Made by a program: the position numbers and the translations under genes. From NCBI GenBank assembly GCA_030704615.1, contig CM060734.1, positions 50,034,001 to 50,098,000 of the forward strand: a stretch of 64,000 bases of DNA, given 5' to 3'. The notes beneath the pieces were generated by a model. The model was not told where the DNA came from and did not search any database. It saw nothing but the letters and a program-made list of their open reading frames with translations. Shown piece after piece: positions 48,150 to 59,680 of this stretch (its first letter is position 1; each line of letters opens with the position of its first letter). Origin of the DNA: Takakia lepidozioides. Lineage: Eukaryota; Plantae; Bryophyta.

Positions 48150-48610
48150 CCGTAGTTTGGCGGGAACCGTAGTGGCGCCTGTCAGTCGGTTGCCCGCTGT
48201 CACCCACGTGGCATACCTCCACTGGCCCGGACCGTGTATTTAGTCCGGTCCATCGCCAAATTGAATTTAGTTTAGCCGTATTTGACTTCCTTTAGCCAGC
48301 TCGCGATGGATGGATGTATGTCGGATGGAATGGGTATTGTTCATCGACGAGGGTGGGATCCGCAAAGATATTGATTGCCAAGGTCCCGCCAATCAGTAAA
48401 CCCGAAAGCTCCCATTCTCCCGCTTTAGGAGGAGCGGCATCCCACGCGCCACGTAGACAAGATACACTCCATCGGCTGCCACGTGTTTGGAGTATTTGTC
48501 GTTAGTTGTCCGCGGGCCCCAACTTGTGGCGGTTTTATTATAATAGAATAATAATTAAATAATATATTGGCGCTCTTTTGGCGAAACGTTGGCGGAAGCC
48601 ACGTTTCTAG
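48150..48610 (+). promoter_or_regulatory. ABRE/G-box cluster upstream of the DUF547 gene
   Basis: ACGTGGC/GCCACGT at about 48206, 48448, 48478 and 48598, CE3-like CACGCG at 48443, and an AT-rich TATA-like tract at 48533-48568, all in a CpG-rich island. Confidence 0.5.
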
Positions 48611-50665
48611 TCCCGCCACTCGGCAATAATAATAAAGGTAATAATAATCCGGCGGACTACTGCTTCTCTCTCGCGCAACAGTGCGCTGCTGCCCCTCTCT
48701 TATTGATGCGCTGCATCTGGTTTTCTCCTGAAGTTTGTGATCCCGAGGCATGCTTCTTTGCTTTCCGATCGGTCCGATTCTCATGTGCTGTTCATTGCAG
48801 TTCTGCTGCAAATCAAGCAAATTTGCTGCACTCTTCTCTCTGTAATTCGTGAACTGACTCTCTTTTTCTCTGGACGCTTCACGACGCTGTATCGGTTCGC
48901 TTCTCTTGTCCAGCGCTGCGAATTAATGAATTTACTGCTACTGGTGCTCTGCGTCTGATTGTCTCTTGACGTTTCTTATCACGAGTCATTTCTATGTGCT
49001 TTCCGAGCACTCTCTATCGTTCCTCTTCTCCTCTCTTGCTCGTCCCGCAAAATCGAACGTGCCTGAGTTTGTACTCGGCTTTATTCACAGCCATCTCTCT
49101 CTCCTCGCTCACCTATCCCCGGAATCCCCTCCACCTCACCTCCCGGCCTCCCGTGGAATTTGTGAAGTAACTTCTTCTGTGTATCTTAGAGTCAAAGCTG
49201 CAGTTTTCGATTTTTCTTAGTTGTTTACTTGTTGTTCCTTTGTTCTCTATGGCTGTTTTGTTTCTTCTTGCATAGAGTATCCACTGTTGTCTGGGATATG
49301 GTCTATCGTTCTCCTTCAATTGGTTACCTTTCAATGTACGCCTGGAGTTTATCGACATGTATTGCCTGTGCCAATGAGTATTTCCGACACCAGCACTGAA
49401 CACTGGTATTTGTCTTGGGAGAGCCTCCTCTCTGTCTATCATTTCTTCGTTTTCCAACCGAGGTTGAATTCCAAACTTTGTAGTTACATCAAGTGTGTTT
49501 CAGTCACCAAGTGCTCTAGTCGATTTTTTCTACAGGAGCTGGCTGAAAGATCTCTCCCCTTCTTTGGACTCTGAGCCTCGTAGACATGTCCTTCAGTTAG
49601 ATCACCATATACCGATTCTATAATGGGCCGAGAAAAATGTCCGCTTCCAAAAGCAGGCATGGAGCTGTGACCAGCACCTTTCGAGCACCTCTTTCATGGT
49701 TGTAGGTATGTTTGCACTGTCCCCTTGCTCTGAACTTCACCTCTCCCCTCCCCCTGGCCCCTGCCCTTTCGTCTCTTGGATTCCCTCTCTTTCCAGAGCG
49801 TTTTCGGTTAAGCCATTGCTTTGCGGGGAATCAAAACTGGAATGTTGCTTGCAAAGACTCTGGTTTATTTCCTGTCTTCTAAAATTAAAATGTCGGGTAA
49901 AATCTCTCAGGACCCCTGATAGGCCAGTCATCCGATGAGAGCCTAGGGAGCGCCTTAACTTGCTATGCAGCCTCCCGCTGTTCCTTTGCTATATTTCTTT
50001 CAACTGTGGGATCTCCCCCCTTCAGCGTTTGTGAGGACACTTTAGTCCAATAACTAAGTGTGTGACGTTTGGGCCGACAAGATGGTGAATTTAGTTTGTA
50101 GCAGCCCCATAATACTCTCTGGTACAATTTATATTCACCAGCTTACAGTTGCATGACCTTCAGCAGCTCTAGACGAGCCAAAGTAATTGGGTCCTGTCAA
50201 AGCTTAACATCTTCAGATGTAGAACGTGACAATATCAAACTGCACATTTGGACCGGAGTGAGTGGCGGAAACTCGGATTGGGAATCTCCTATGGATATAA
50301 TGTGTGTCAGGACCACTCAAAACCTACGATGGGTCCATCTTTTAAAATTTAATGCAGGCCTCTCTTTCCCCCGGTGATCTCGACGCTGTTCGAGTGAAGT
50401 TCCTGAAAATGGGAATTTTAAAGCAATTGCAGCGGGTAGGGACCCCTCGAGTGTGGCAACAAATTTGAAGTCGATTTAGAGCCCAGTTGTCGCCGTAGCT
50501 TGAACCCTTGAATCGGGCTTGTCTTAATAGAGTGCATCTGAAGGATAACTGTACGAGGTATTGTTGAACGAATGGCTCTCATCATTACGGTCGTAAATTG
50601 CACTAGAGTTAGAAATTTTTTACAAGCTATTCGGATTCGTGTCATTGCAAAGTCGAACCTAATGT

Positions 50666-53600
50666 ATGGATTTTGATTGTGTGAGGGAAACAGCCTCAAT
50701 GACAGTCATGAAAGCATCCCATAGCAGGAAGATGCGTGGTGACTTTCTGGGCGAGGACCTGTCCATAGAGTTTCCGGTGCCACAGAAGAACGATGCCTTT
50801 CAACAGGGCTTTGAGGGGGATTTATCTCGCCGGCATTGTCGATCTCTCAGGTGAGACTGGAGCTGGGCCAACAACATGGAATTGTAAGGTAAACACAATG
50901 GGGTGTGGGGGACGAGGCTGGGGGGATGGAAGTATCAGCAGATTTGCAGAATTAGTACATAAAAGTTGAGGAACTTAATGGCCCCGGCATTGATAATCCG
51001 CAGTGTGTTGCTTCAACAGTGCTCCGGACAAAGCATCAACCTCAAACTGGGACTTCTCGCCCCGTGGTTCTCTGAACCAAGCTCTCAAAGAGGTAAGGAT
51101 TTAGTGACTGCTAAAATGTTTGGCCATCATCTCTCCTTTTCTGAGGTTTGTACCATTTATCTAAGATAACCAATGGTTGCTGGGACCCCCAGACTCTTTT
51201 GAAGGGTTATACCATGTCCAAACTTACCTTTGATGGGGTTAGATGACGATACTCTTTCTAAAAAGAAACTGAATTACTGCATTACAATTACAACTGCGAA
51301 GGTTGCTGGGGGGGGGGGGGGCTCCTGTGAAGGGTCACTCAGATGAAGTTTTCCTGCTGCCTTTGCTTTTGGCATCCTGGTTCCAACAAAATTGCAAAAT
51401 TAGAGTTAGATATCAAGTGACTAGGAGCTCTGTGCAAGAAATCCTTACATATTTAGTAAGCATCAGAGATTGTCCTCATCATTTACTTTTGCCCAACGCG
51501 AAGTTCACTTCCAGATGCCGTGAACTTGATTTTCAAGTGCTGGGGGTGATCGTTCTTGCACATTCTGACAGTCAATGGGTGTATTAGTTTGTTTGGAGAT
51601 TAATGGGCTGTTCATGTGTATGGGTCTCCGTCCTCACACAATGGTGGGATAGAGCATTGTTTGAGCTTTATGTCTGCAAGGATCCATAGCTTGGAGTTCA
51701 TGACACTGACACCTCACTAGCTTTATTACTCTGCAGAGTTTGCAGAACTGGAAATGGAAGATGATGCGAAAGGGTCCAGAGAATAGGAAGAAGCGAGCCC
51801 TCAATGACCGCCGAGCTGTGCTGGAGAATGATGTAGGCTCCCCAACTACTCTTTGAGAAGTCTTTGCAGATTGTTTATGTAATTTATACAACTAGTCACT
51901 TGGTTTTGTCTGTCTTAACACTTCTGACAGTCAGTGTTTGGATCCAAAGGTGGCACAGCTACGAACCAGGCTGCAAGATGAACGGGCACTCAGAGAGGGC
52001 CTAGAGAGAGCCCTGCAAGGAGAATCCAATGCCTCAAATGCTCAGGCTGTGCCTTCCAATCTTGCCCCTCAAGTAAGCCCTCACTCTTGGCATGGTCATG
52101 ATTGTAACAGTGAAAATGAGGATGATTGTTGCAGTGGAAGTACGCATGGCAACTGGGCCTATCTCTAGGATGCAATAAATTTGTTCTTGTTTTTTTCTTT
52201 TAGTCCCTTCCCAATCCAAACCAAAGGTGGTTCTATTCTCATGATGCGTAAACTACCTCGCCTACCACAGAAAGCAAGCTGTTACTGGATGCATCCTGGA
52301 GAGTTGATGTTCAAGGTGCTTGCACTTCTCTGCGTTTCTGAGCAATCTACAGATGCAACTTTTTGTTAACCATACGGGGGACGGTGGGGACAGACACGGG
52401 AACTCATTACAGAAATCGCATTGCTGGAGACAGAAGTTTCCCATCTAGAGCAACATGTTCTATCTTTGTATCGCAAAGTGCTTGATCAGCGGTTATTGGG
52501 CCGGTCATATGGTTCCCGCACCCAGCCCTGCAGTCCTGAGGCCCCAGACCCTGTGGAGGCTAGCATGTCTCCAGCTTATCAAGCCTTATCTTTGAAAAGA
52601 GGAAGAAAGCTTAATTCCCTCCGCTCCATTGAAGAGCAGAAAATATGTGCTTCACCTCCTCAGCATCGACGGCATTTATCAGCTTCACAGGGTTCCAAAC
52701 GACCACACTCTGCGGTGTCTGCTAGTCAAGGAAAAACACGACATGGATCTCTCCTCAGTGGGACATTCCACTGTATTGAAGAAGAAACGCATGCCAGGGT
52801 TCAGCCTCATCCCACTACAATGTCACTGGTAAGCCAGTGGACATAATTTGTCTGGCTGCCCTTGTCCCCTGGCGCCCACTACCTGCACCCCCCCCCCCCC
52901 CCCCCCCCCCCCACTCCTTCCCACGTACTCCTCTCTCTCTCTTTTATAGGCCTGTGGGCATCTTGTGGATGTTAAAATCTTCTTTGGTTCCCCTTTCCTT
53001 TCCTTCCTTCTCCTCCATAAGTTGCAAATTTTGTCTCAGGTGATACTAAACACTTATGCTTCTGTATTGTTTCATATTGCAGAAAGCTATAGGTACTCCA
53101 TCGAGGCATGTTAAAATAAGTGCTGCAACTGCTAAGGTCACTCATCCCTCCTGCTTTTTGGCAATTGAATGTATGTTATATTATGTTACCTTTGTGTTGA
53201 CGCAAGCATGCCTTCTACAAACATATGAACTTTCGATCCTTAATTCTGCAGATTTATATAATACTTACAATTGCTGGCTCATGGTATGTTTCTGTGTGTC
53301 TTCAGCTACAATCATGCACAGAAATTCCTGCTCCTGAGAAGAAAACAGGTAAACCAGCAGGGATCCCAAGCCCTGTTGAAGAGGCAATGTCCACCAACAA
53401 ACTACCTGAGGAGGCTAGAGAGCCTCTTCATAAAGAGCCCACCAAGCTCTCTGAGGAACTGGTGCGATGCATGGCCGCTATCTACTGCAAGCTTGCTGAC
53501 CCACCATTGCCTCAACTCAAGAGTCCTGTCTCACCCTCTTCATCCTCTTCCTCCTCTACAAGCACTTCCTCTCCTCATGAATTCTCAAATGACAGCTGGA

Positions 53601-56600
53601 GCCCACGGTGGCGGACCGACAGTGGTGCACATGATTCAGCATCCCTGACAGATCCATATCAGGTCAAGGGCACTGAAACAGATGATATTGGGCCATATAG
53701 TTCCATGGTGGAAGTCCCTTGGATATGTGTGGACAAAGACCGCCTCACATATGCTGCTCGAGCTCTCCGTAATTTCAGGTACTTAGAGTGCTGATTCCTC
53801 AAGTCTGGTTATCCTTACTTTCAGGGTATTGACCCCGGTGGTTCAATTGGACATTATACAGCTTCTTTCTTTCTTTTTTCGTGATCCACCCTGTCATTGT
53901 GCAGTGTCTGGGGTGTCTGAGTTTGCATCTGTCTCATGAGCCCTCTGGGCCTCCCCTGGACTTCTTTTCCTGGCAGAAGCCTTCAGCTCTGAAGATGTAT
54001 CCTTGAAGCACTTTATCTTTGGGCATAGTTTGATTTGTCCTGGAAGTGGTTTCTCTTTATTCTACGTAGTCCAAGCCAGTTTGTCTCCTGAGCCCTCTGG
54101 TCCAAGCCCCCTGTAGAGTTTTCTCTTTTCTCTTCTCTTTCACTTTATGTTGTAGGGCTACTACGTCGATGGTGGCATGTCAATGCCATACATGTCGTTG
54201 TTCTACTTGGTCCATGGATTGGTGAGAGTGAGTCACCAAGTCAATCCTCAGTCTGCGTGTTCAAGATGAATCCGTGTTGGTTGTTTTGATTGTATCCGTG
54301 ACTGACTGTACTGCTTGTAGCCAATGAGGTGGCTCAGCCCGCAATATGGGCCACACAGCTACTATTGGTAATTGCAAAGTATGACACTCATGAGTAGACA
54401 CTCTTTGTTCAACCAGGCAGACTGACAGCAGATGGGTGGCTCCCAAAGGGGTTGGTCTCGGTTTCTTGGTTTGTTTTACTCTGTCCCTTGGGCCCTTGTG
54501 GCCCTCTGTGGACATTATGATTGTTGTTGCTTTCTGTCTGCAGTCTATGAATTGAATAAGCAGTACTGTGCTGTAGTGTAACAACTAATACCATCCTCCA
54601 GAATTTCGAGTGATGCCATGAGAGCTCCCTTGGTTTCAAATATCACAATAACTATCTTGCTAGCAGGTCTATGGTGGAGCAACTAGAGAAGGTGGATCCA
54701 GGGCAGATGTTGTTTGATGAGAAGCTGGCATTTTGGATCAACGTGTACAACGCCCTCATGATGCATGTAACCTCTACCACCTGCTCACGCATTTTGTGAT
54801 TTGGCTCATCTATACTGACCTAGGGCAGCTGCTTACACCTCTCAAGATGAACCCCATTCTAACATCATGTGATGGATACTTCTGCTTTTGAAAATAACTG
54901 AATGCCCAGTGAGTGCCGTATACATCATTTCTTATGCTGGACAGCTTGTAATTCCTGCCCTTTGTTGGTATTGTGGGTGCCTTGCAGGCCTACCTTGCAT
55001 ATGGGATCCCTGGCAATCGAATAAAGCGGCTGTCTCTCTTACAAAAGGTAGCCACTCCTTTGTCTTTACATCATGCTGATGCCACTCAGTAAGATTGTTT
55101 TGGGCATTGATCTTTGGAGAAACACTCTTGCCCTTAGTCTTTGGTGGTTGGATATTTGAGGCCGTCTGAGAACTGATGGTTGGATGTGTGCAGGCTGCAT
55201 ACAAAGTGGGAGCACACTCCATCAACGCTCAAACCATTGAACATTCTATCCTTGGATGTAAATCTAATCGTCCTGCTCAGGTGTGACCCCGGTTTCATTT
55301 TAAAAATCCATCTGGATTCAGGATTTGTCATGTTTGGGTTACATGTTTTTCCATGTTTATTTGTTTTCTACTGTTCTGCAGAATTGTTTAGCACATTTGT
55401 GTCAAATCCAAGAGAATTGTTGGATAAGGATACATCGTCAGACTTTTGAGTTGAATAATATAACACAGAAGAAGGGCCCCAAACCTCCGCTCGAACGTTG
55501 TGGGTGGGGCATGGAGCAGCATGGGGTCGGCCTGTACTAGGGATGGTCGGTGGCTGGATCCACCGGCCAAGCTGGGCCCCACTTATGGGCGAGGCTGAGT
55601 TTTGTAACTGAGCCTTATCCAATCTAAACGTCATGCCCATGAAATGTAAGAAAAGTTCAAAGAGAAATGCCAACCGTACTGCCAAATGTAAATATCCCAT
55701 TTTCATGTTATTATTTGCGTCTGTTTTATTGATCGAGACATCGGAGAGCAAGTTGGAATGACAGCTAGATTGTTTGTGTTTACAGTGGCTACAATCACTG
55801 CTATCTCCGGGGTCAAAATTCAAAGCAGGCGATGAGCGGAGGGCTTACGCCCTGGAGGCCCCGGAGCCTCTAGTATGCTTTGCTCTTTGCTGTGGCGGTC
55901 GCTCAGATCCAGCGGTACAGTACTCACCCCTCATTCGCAGTTATTTTTCCTTTCAGGCAGCAGTTATGGGATTAAAACTAGGGTCCAGTTAGCACAAATG
56001 CGACAAAATTGCTACTGAGATCAACCGTTTGATTGGAAAAAATTTATACAGATCCGCGTTTACAGTGCCAAAACTGTTAGGTTGGAGCTGGAGGTAGCCA
56101 AGCGCGAATTCTTGCAGGCCAGTTTGGGGATCCGTGGTCAAAACAAGGTGAAGAGCAGAGACTGTTCTTTCAAACATATTCCTGGCTTAACTTAAAGCTG
56201 TAACAGGTTACTACAGTGGTGGGATTAATAACTGAATTGTAATGTTACACACGCTTACTTGTCCTTCGAAGAAATGTAATGAGGAAAGCGTTTTTGTTTG
56301 AGCCTAGTGTTTGCATAACCACGATGATTCTGGTCTTCAACCGGAGTTGGAATGGTTAGTGATCTAACTCCAGGTCATGGTGATTGGTCAGGTGCTGCTG
56401 CCTCGGATACTTGAATGGTATGGGCGGGAGCAAATGATCAACTCCACGACTCTCCTCGAGTGGGTGTCTCAAAATCTGCCCGAAAAGCTACAGAGCAGAA
56501 TCAGACAGTGCGTTCAATCCAAGCCTCACAAAAGTCCCTCACATTGCCTCGAGTGGATCCCTTACAATTTCGGCTTCCGATACATTTTTGTTAAAGACCT

Positions 56601-56631
56601 CGCACGGAGGTTCCCTGAAAGCGCCCAATGA
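50666..56631 (+). CDS. Ternary complex factor MIP1 leucine-zipper + DUF547 domain protein, 13 exons, 716 aa
   Basis: Exons 50666-50850, 51020-51092, 51737-51832, 51950-52072, 52394-52828, 53083-53136, 53306-53778, 54667-54766, 54988-55047, 55194-55280, 55786-55914, 56052-56147, 56392-56631 join in frame (2151 nt). Motifs: RHCRSLS, ELITEIALLETEVSHLEQHVLSLYR, PTKLSEELVRCMAAIYCKL, EKLAFWINVYNALMMHAYLAYGIP, EPLVCFALCCGGRSDPAIRVY, WIPYNFGFRY. The start codon and small N-terminal exons are less certain. Confidence 0.9.
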
Positions 56632-57149
56632 TACATGTCAATTTAGCCTCGGAGCTGAAATACATACAACGAAAGATGGGCTTGGAGTGCCGCTCATAAT
56701 TACCCAGAAAACTGTACATGTTGTAGATGATGATGTTAAGACTCGGAGAGCATGATGTCCATAAAACTATATTTAACACTGCGCAGCTTCTCGCCACTTC
56801 AAAGATATTATGTCTTCGACGCCCTCGTGAGTTCGGTGGGCAGGAGCATGTGCAGCAAGTAACCCCGATTAACAAACCACAAACAAGAAACAACACAGTT
56901 ACACCCTCCTATCACAAGGGCAGCAATCCTGCAACACATATTCTACAACAAAACAGGAAGTGGCCCGAGAAGGGAAACAGAGCAGTCCTGACCAAGCTCT
57001 GGGGTTGGGTGGCATGGGACCAAAAGCTCTCTCTCCTGGCGCATGATCATGCTCACGGGCATATTCCCTGAATTTTTGTGAAATTTCCGTGAAATTTCCA
57101 CAGCGAAATGAAAATGACGAAACTAACAATTATGCGAAACTAACACAAA

Positions 57150-58385
57150 AGAACAAGTAGCCCCTATACTTGATGAACATGTTACCCTATAGGCGTGGCT
57201 TTTTCTCAATGCAAAACTTACCGCTGCTTAGGTTTGTGCCCATATCACATATGTCGTGCACCTAAGCATCGTGCCACAACATACACCCACACTCCATCTC
57301 AAGCATTAGAGCTATGGCGACGAGAGAGGCCTTGAAAAGCTCGACTAGAAGTAGACGAGCCTTCTTGTACATCACGTGGAGATAAGCCTCTCCACATCCC
57401 AAGTGAGGTTCGTCACCTCACTTAGCGTAGGGAACCAAATGAAGTCCCAATACCAACAAAATATAAATATAAATGTATAAAGGCCTAATTAGCTAGAAAT
57501 AACTATTTCTAACTAATCACAAACAAAACCATGACACATATCATTTCTCAATGTGAACTTCAGTTTGTGCCCATAGCACATATCATTTCTCAATGCGAAA
57601 TTCACCTAAAATATTGCAGTTTGTCCCCATAGCACATATAATTTCTCAATGCGAAATTCACCGCCACCGCTATAGGTTTAGGGTTTCTGGCTATACTACT
57701 GAAGGTTTCGCCTCGCTGAATTGGCACAGATGTACCGTACAAATGCAAAGAGAGAAGAGAGAGAAGACTCTGGCTGAGGCCGGCGTAACTAAGAGCCACT
57801 TCGCCTTGCGGCTACTGCCCTCTTTCGGGGGTGGGCCCTATATAAATATGACAGGTGTCCAAAGGACACCAAGTAACCGGGGGTATGACGTACCTCTGGG
57901 TACCTAGGATACTCGAGGGTACCAGAGATGGGGTGGATTCCAGTTTCCACTTATTGGTTATGATGGTTGTGAGAAAGCAAAGTGCCGTAAGGTGGATGTC
58001 TTTAAAGCATGTATGGATGGAGGTGGTGGGGATTTTAAAATTATCTTGAAGTGTTGAGATATTGTCATTGTGCATGCCCCATCTAGTGCCTGCGGAGATG
58101 ACGGAGAGTGGGCCCGTGGCCCACCCTCGTCGGCGAATAACAAGGATAAGCGGAGCGTGTTTCTGGCGCTTTTCGAGGATGGAGGTGTACGGGAAGCGGT
58201 CGTGACAGTACGTAAATTCGATGAAATGTTATAAATGCAAAAACTGTACTCACTTATGGTTTTATTCTGTTTTGAAAACATATAACTCCTATGACCAAGG
58301 TTAAAAAACATAAAACTTCCATAACCGTGGGTTGTGCTCACGTGAGCATGCTCACACTGTGCTCACATGATACCAACCCCCACCA
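57150..58385 (+). mobile_element. Second, diverged copy of the array-bearing element found at 35690-34381 + 37596-38050
   Basis: Shares AAGTAG.CCCTATA / CCCTATAGGCG with the reverse of 35586-35603, the repeated ATTTCTCAATGCGAAATT motif (57540-57660), and the end CCGTGGGTTGTGCT.ACG...GATACCAACCCCCACC (58325-58384 vs 38006-38051). Confidence 0.55.
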
Positions 58386-58744
58386 AAAGATGATGTCATG
58401 ACCGGGTGTTGAACGTCCGCCGGGCACTTCTATATGCAAAACCCGGACCCAAACCTTATCTCGGCGGTTTGATCCCCCAACTCTCCGTGAAAAGTTGAAA
58501 GTTGGGAGATCGAGTCTCGATCTTTGACTTTCACTGGCTATAGAATGTTGGTTTTTGCGATCACCGGTTGAGCGGGTCTCTCTCTTCTCGTTTTTTTTTT
58601 TGCTTTCCCTTCATCGCGTACTCTGGCGACCACATTGTATGAACAGTGAAGAGTGAATATGATGGCTATGTTGAATGAAGAAAGACTCAGATGCACTATA
58701 TGAAACACCAATATTGGAAACAAATGAAACAGTATGGTTATGTT

Positions 58745-58819
58745 AGTGTGAGAGAGAGAGAGATTGTACTCATAAGACGTTGTTTGCCGTAGCCTTGTGG
58801 CCATTGACCCCGCGCCAGT
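58745..58819 (-). repeat. Dispersed short repeat ending in (TC)n (third copy)
   Basis: The reverse strand reads GGCGCGGGGTCAATGGCCACAAGGCTACGGCAAACAACGTCTTATGAGTACAATCTCTCTC, matching 41045-41120 and 4055-4125. Confidence 0.75.
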
Positions 58820-59680
58820 CACTACTGCATTTGGGGGGGGGGGGGGTTGTGATGCCCCGGCGACCTCCCCGTGCCGCTATTTGCGACAGAACTAGTCTAT
58901 GCCGCCACGGGCGTCGTGCGACGTCACGACGTCGGTCCTGAAACAATGCTAATTAACGTCATTGGGGGGTCGCAAAGCCCCCGGAACCCCCCGGGCGTTA
59001 AAAAAAAAAAAAAAAAACACATCATTTTCCAGCGACGTCGCAATTTAGGGGGTACATTTGAATTTAGGTGGAAAAAATTGAATTTGAATTTAAATTTTGA
59101 ATTTCAAAAACTAGTTGACCATTGACTCCGGTTTTGTCCAATGGCAGTTCGGACATTGTTCTACATATATTAGGCAATGCATACTTGAACCTATGACCTC
59201 CACGTTATGACATTTCTAAGACATTACACACTAACCAACACATCTACGATACGTCTATGTATCACAAAAGTAGTCTAAGCAGTCTAAGCAGTCTAAGCAG
59301 TGATGTATATATATATATATATATATATATCAAGATTTCTTCCAAGTACCTTCTAAGGGGGTCCATCTTGTGACGCCGGGGAGTTGCAACCTTCAGCCTT
59401 AGTTTCTAGCCCCAGCCCCAGCTTCGTCGTCGTTGCTGCAGCCCAAGCGTCGGGCGCCCCCAACGATGTCATTGCGACGCCCTAATCTAGTTACGACACC
59501 TTAATCTGGTTACAACACCCTAAGCTTGCTGCAACACCGGGGGGTGTCGCAATGCCGAAATAAAAATAGAAATGAGAGATCAGAGCATCGCTGCATCAAC
59601 AACTGTCGCCCCAACAACTGGTGTCGCAGCGCCGAGCGCCCCAGCTACTGCCCCCCAAGCAGCTGACATTGCAGCATTGG
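58820..59680. mobile_element. CACTA (En/Spm) non-autonomous element or left end
   Basis: Starts CACTACTGCA and has many GCGACG/CGTCGC subterminal repeats in both orientations. Right TIR not found. Confidence 0.55.
59272..59330. repeat. (AGTCTAAGC)3 plus (TA)n microsatellite
   Basis: Read directly from the sequence. Confidence 0.9.
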
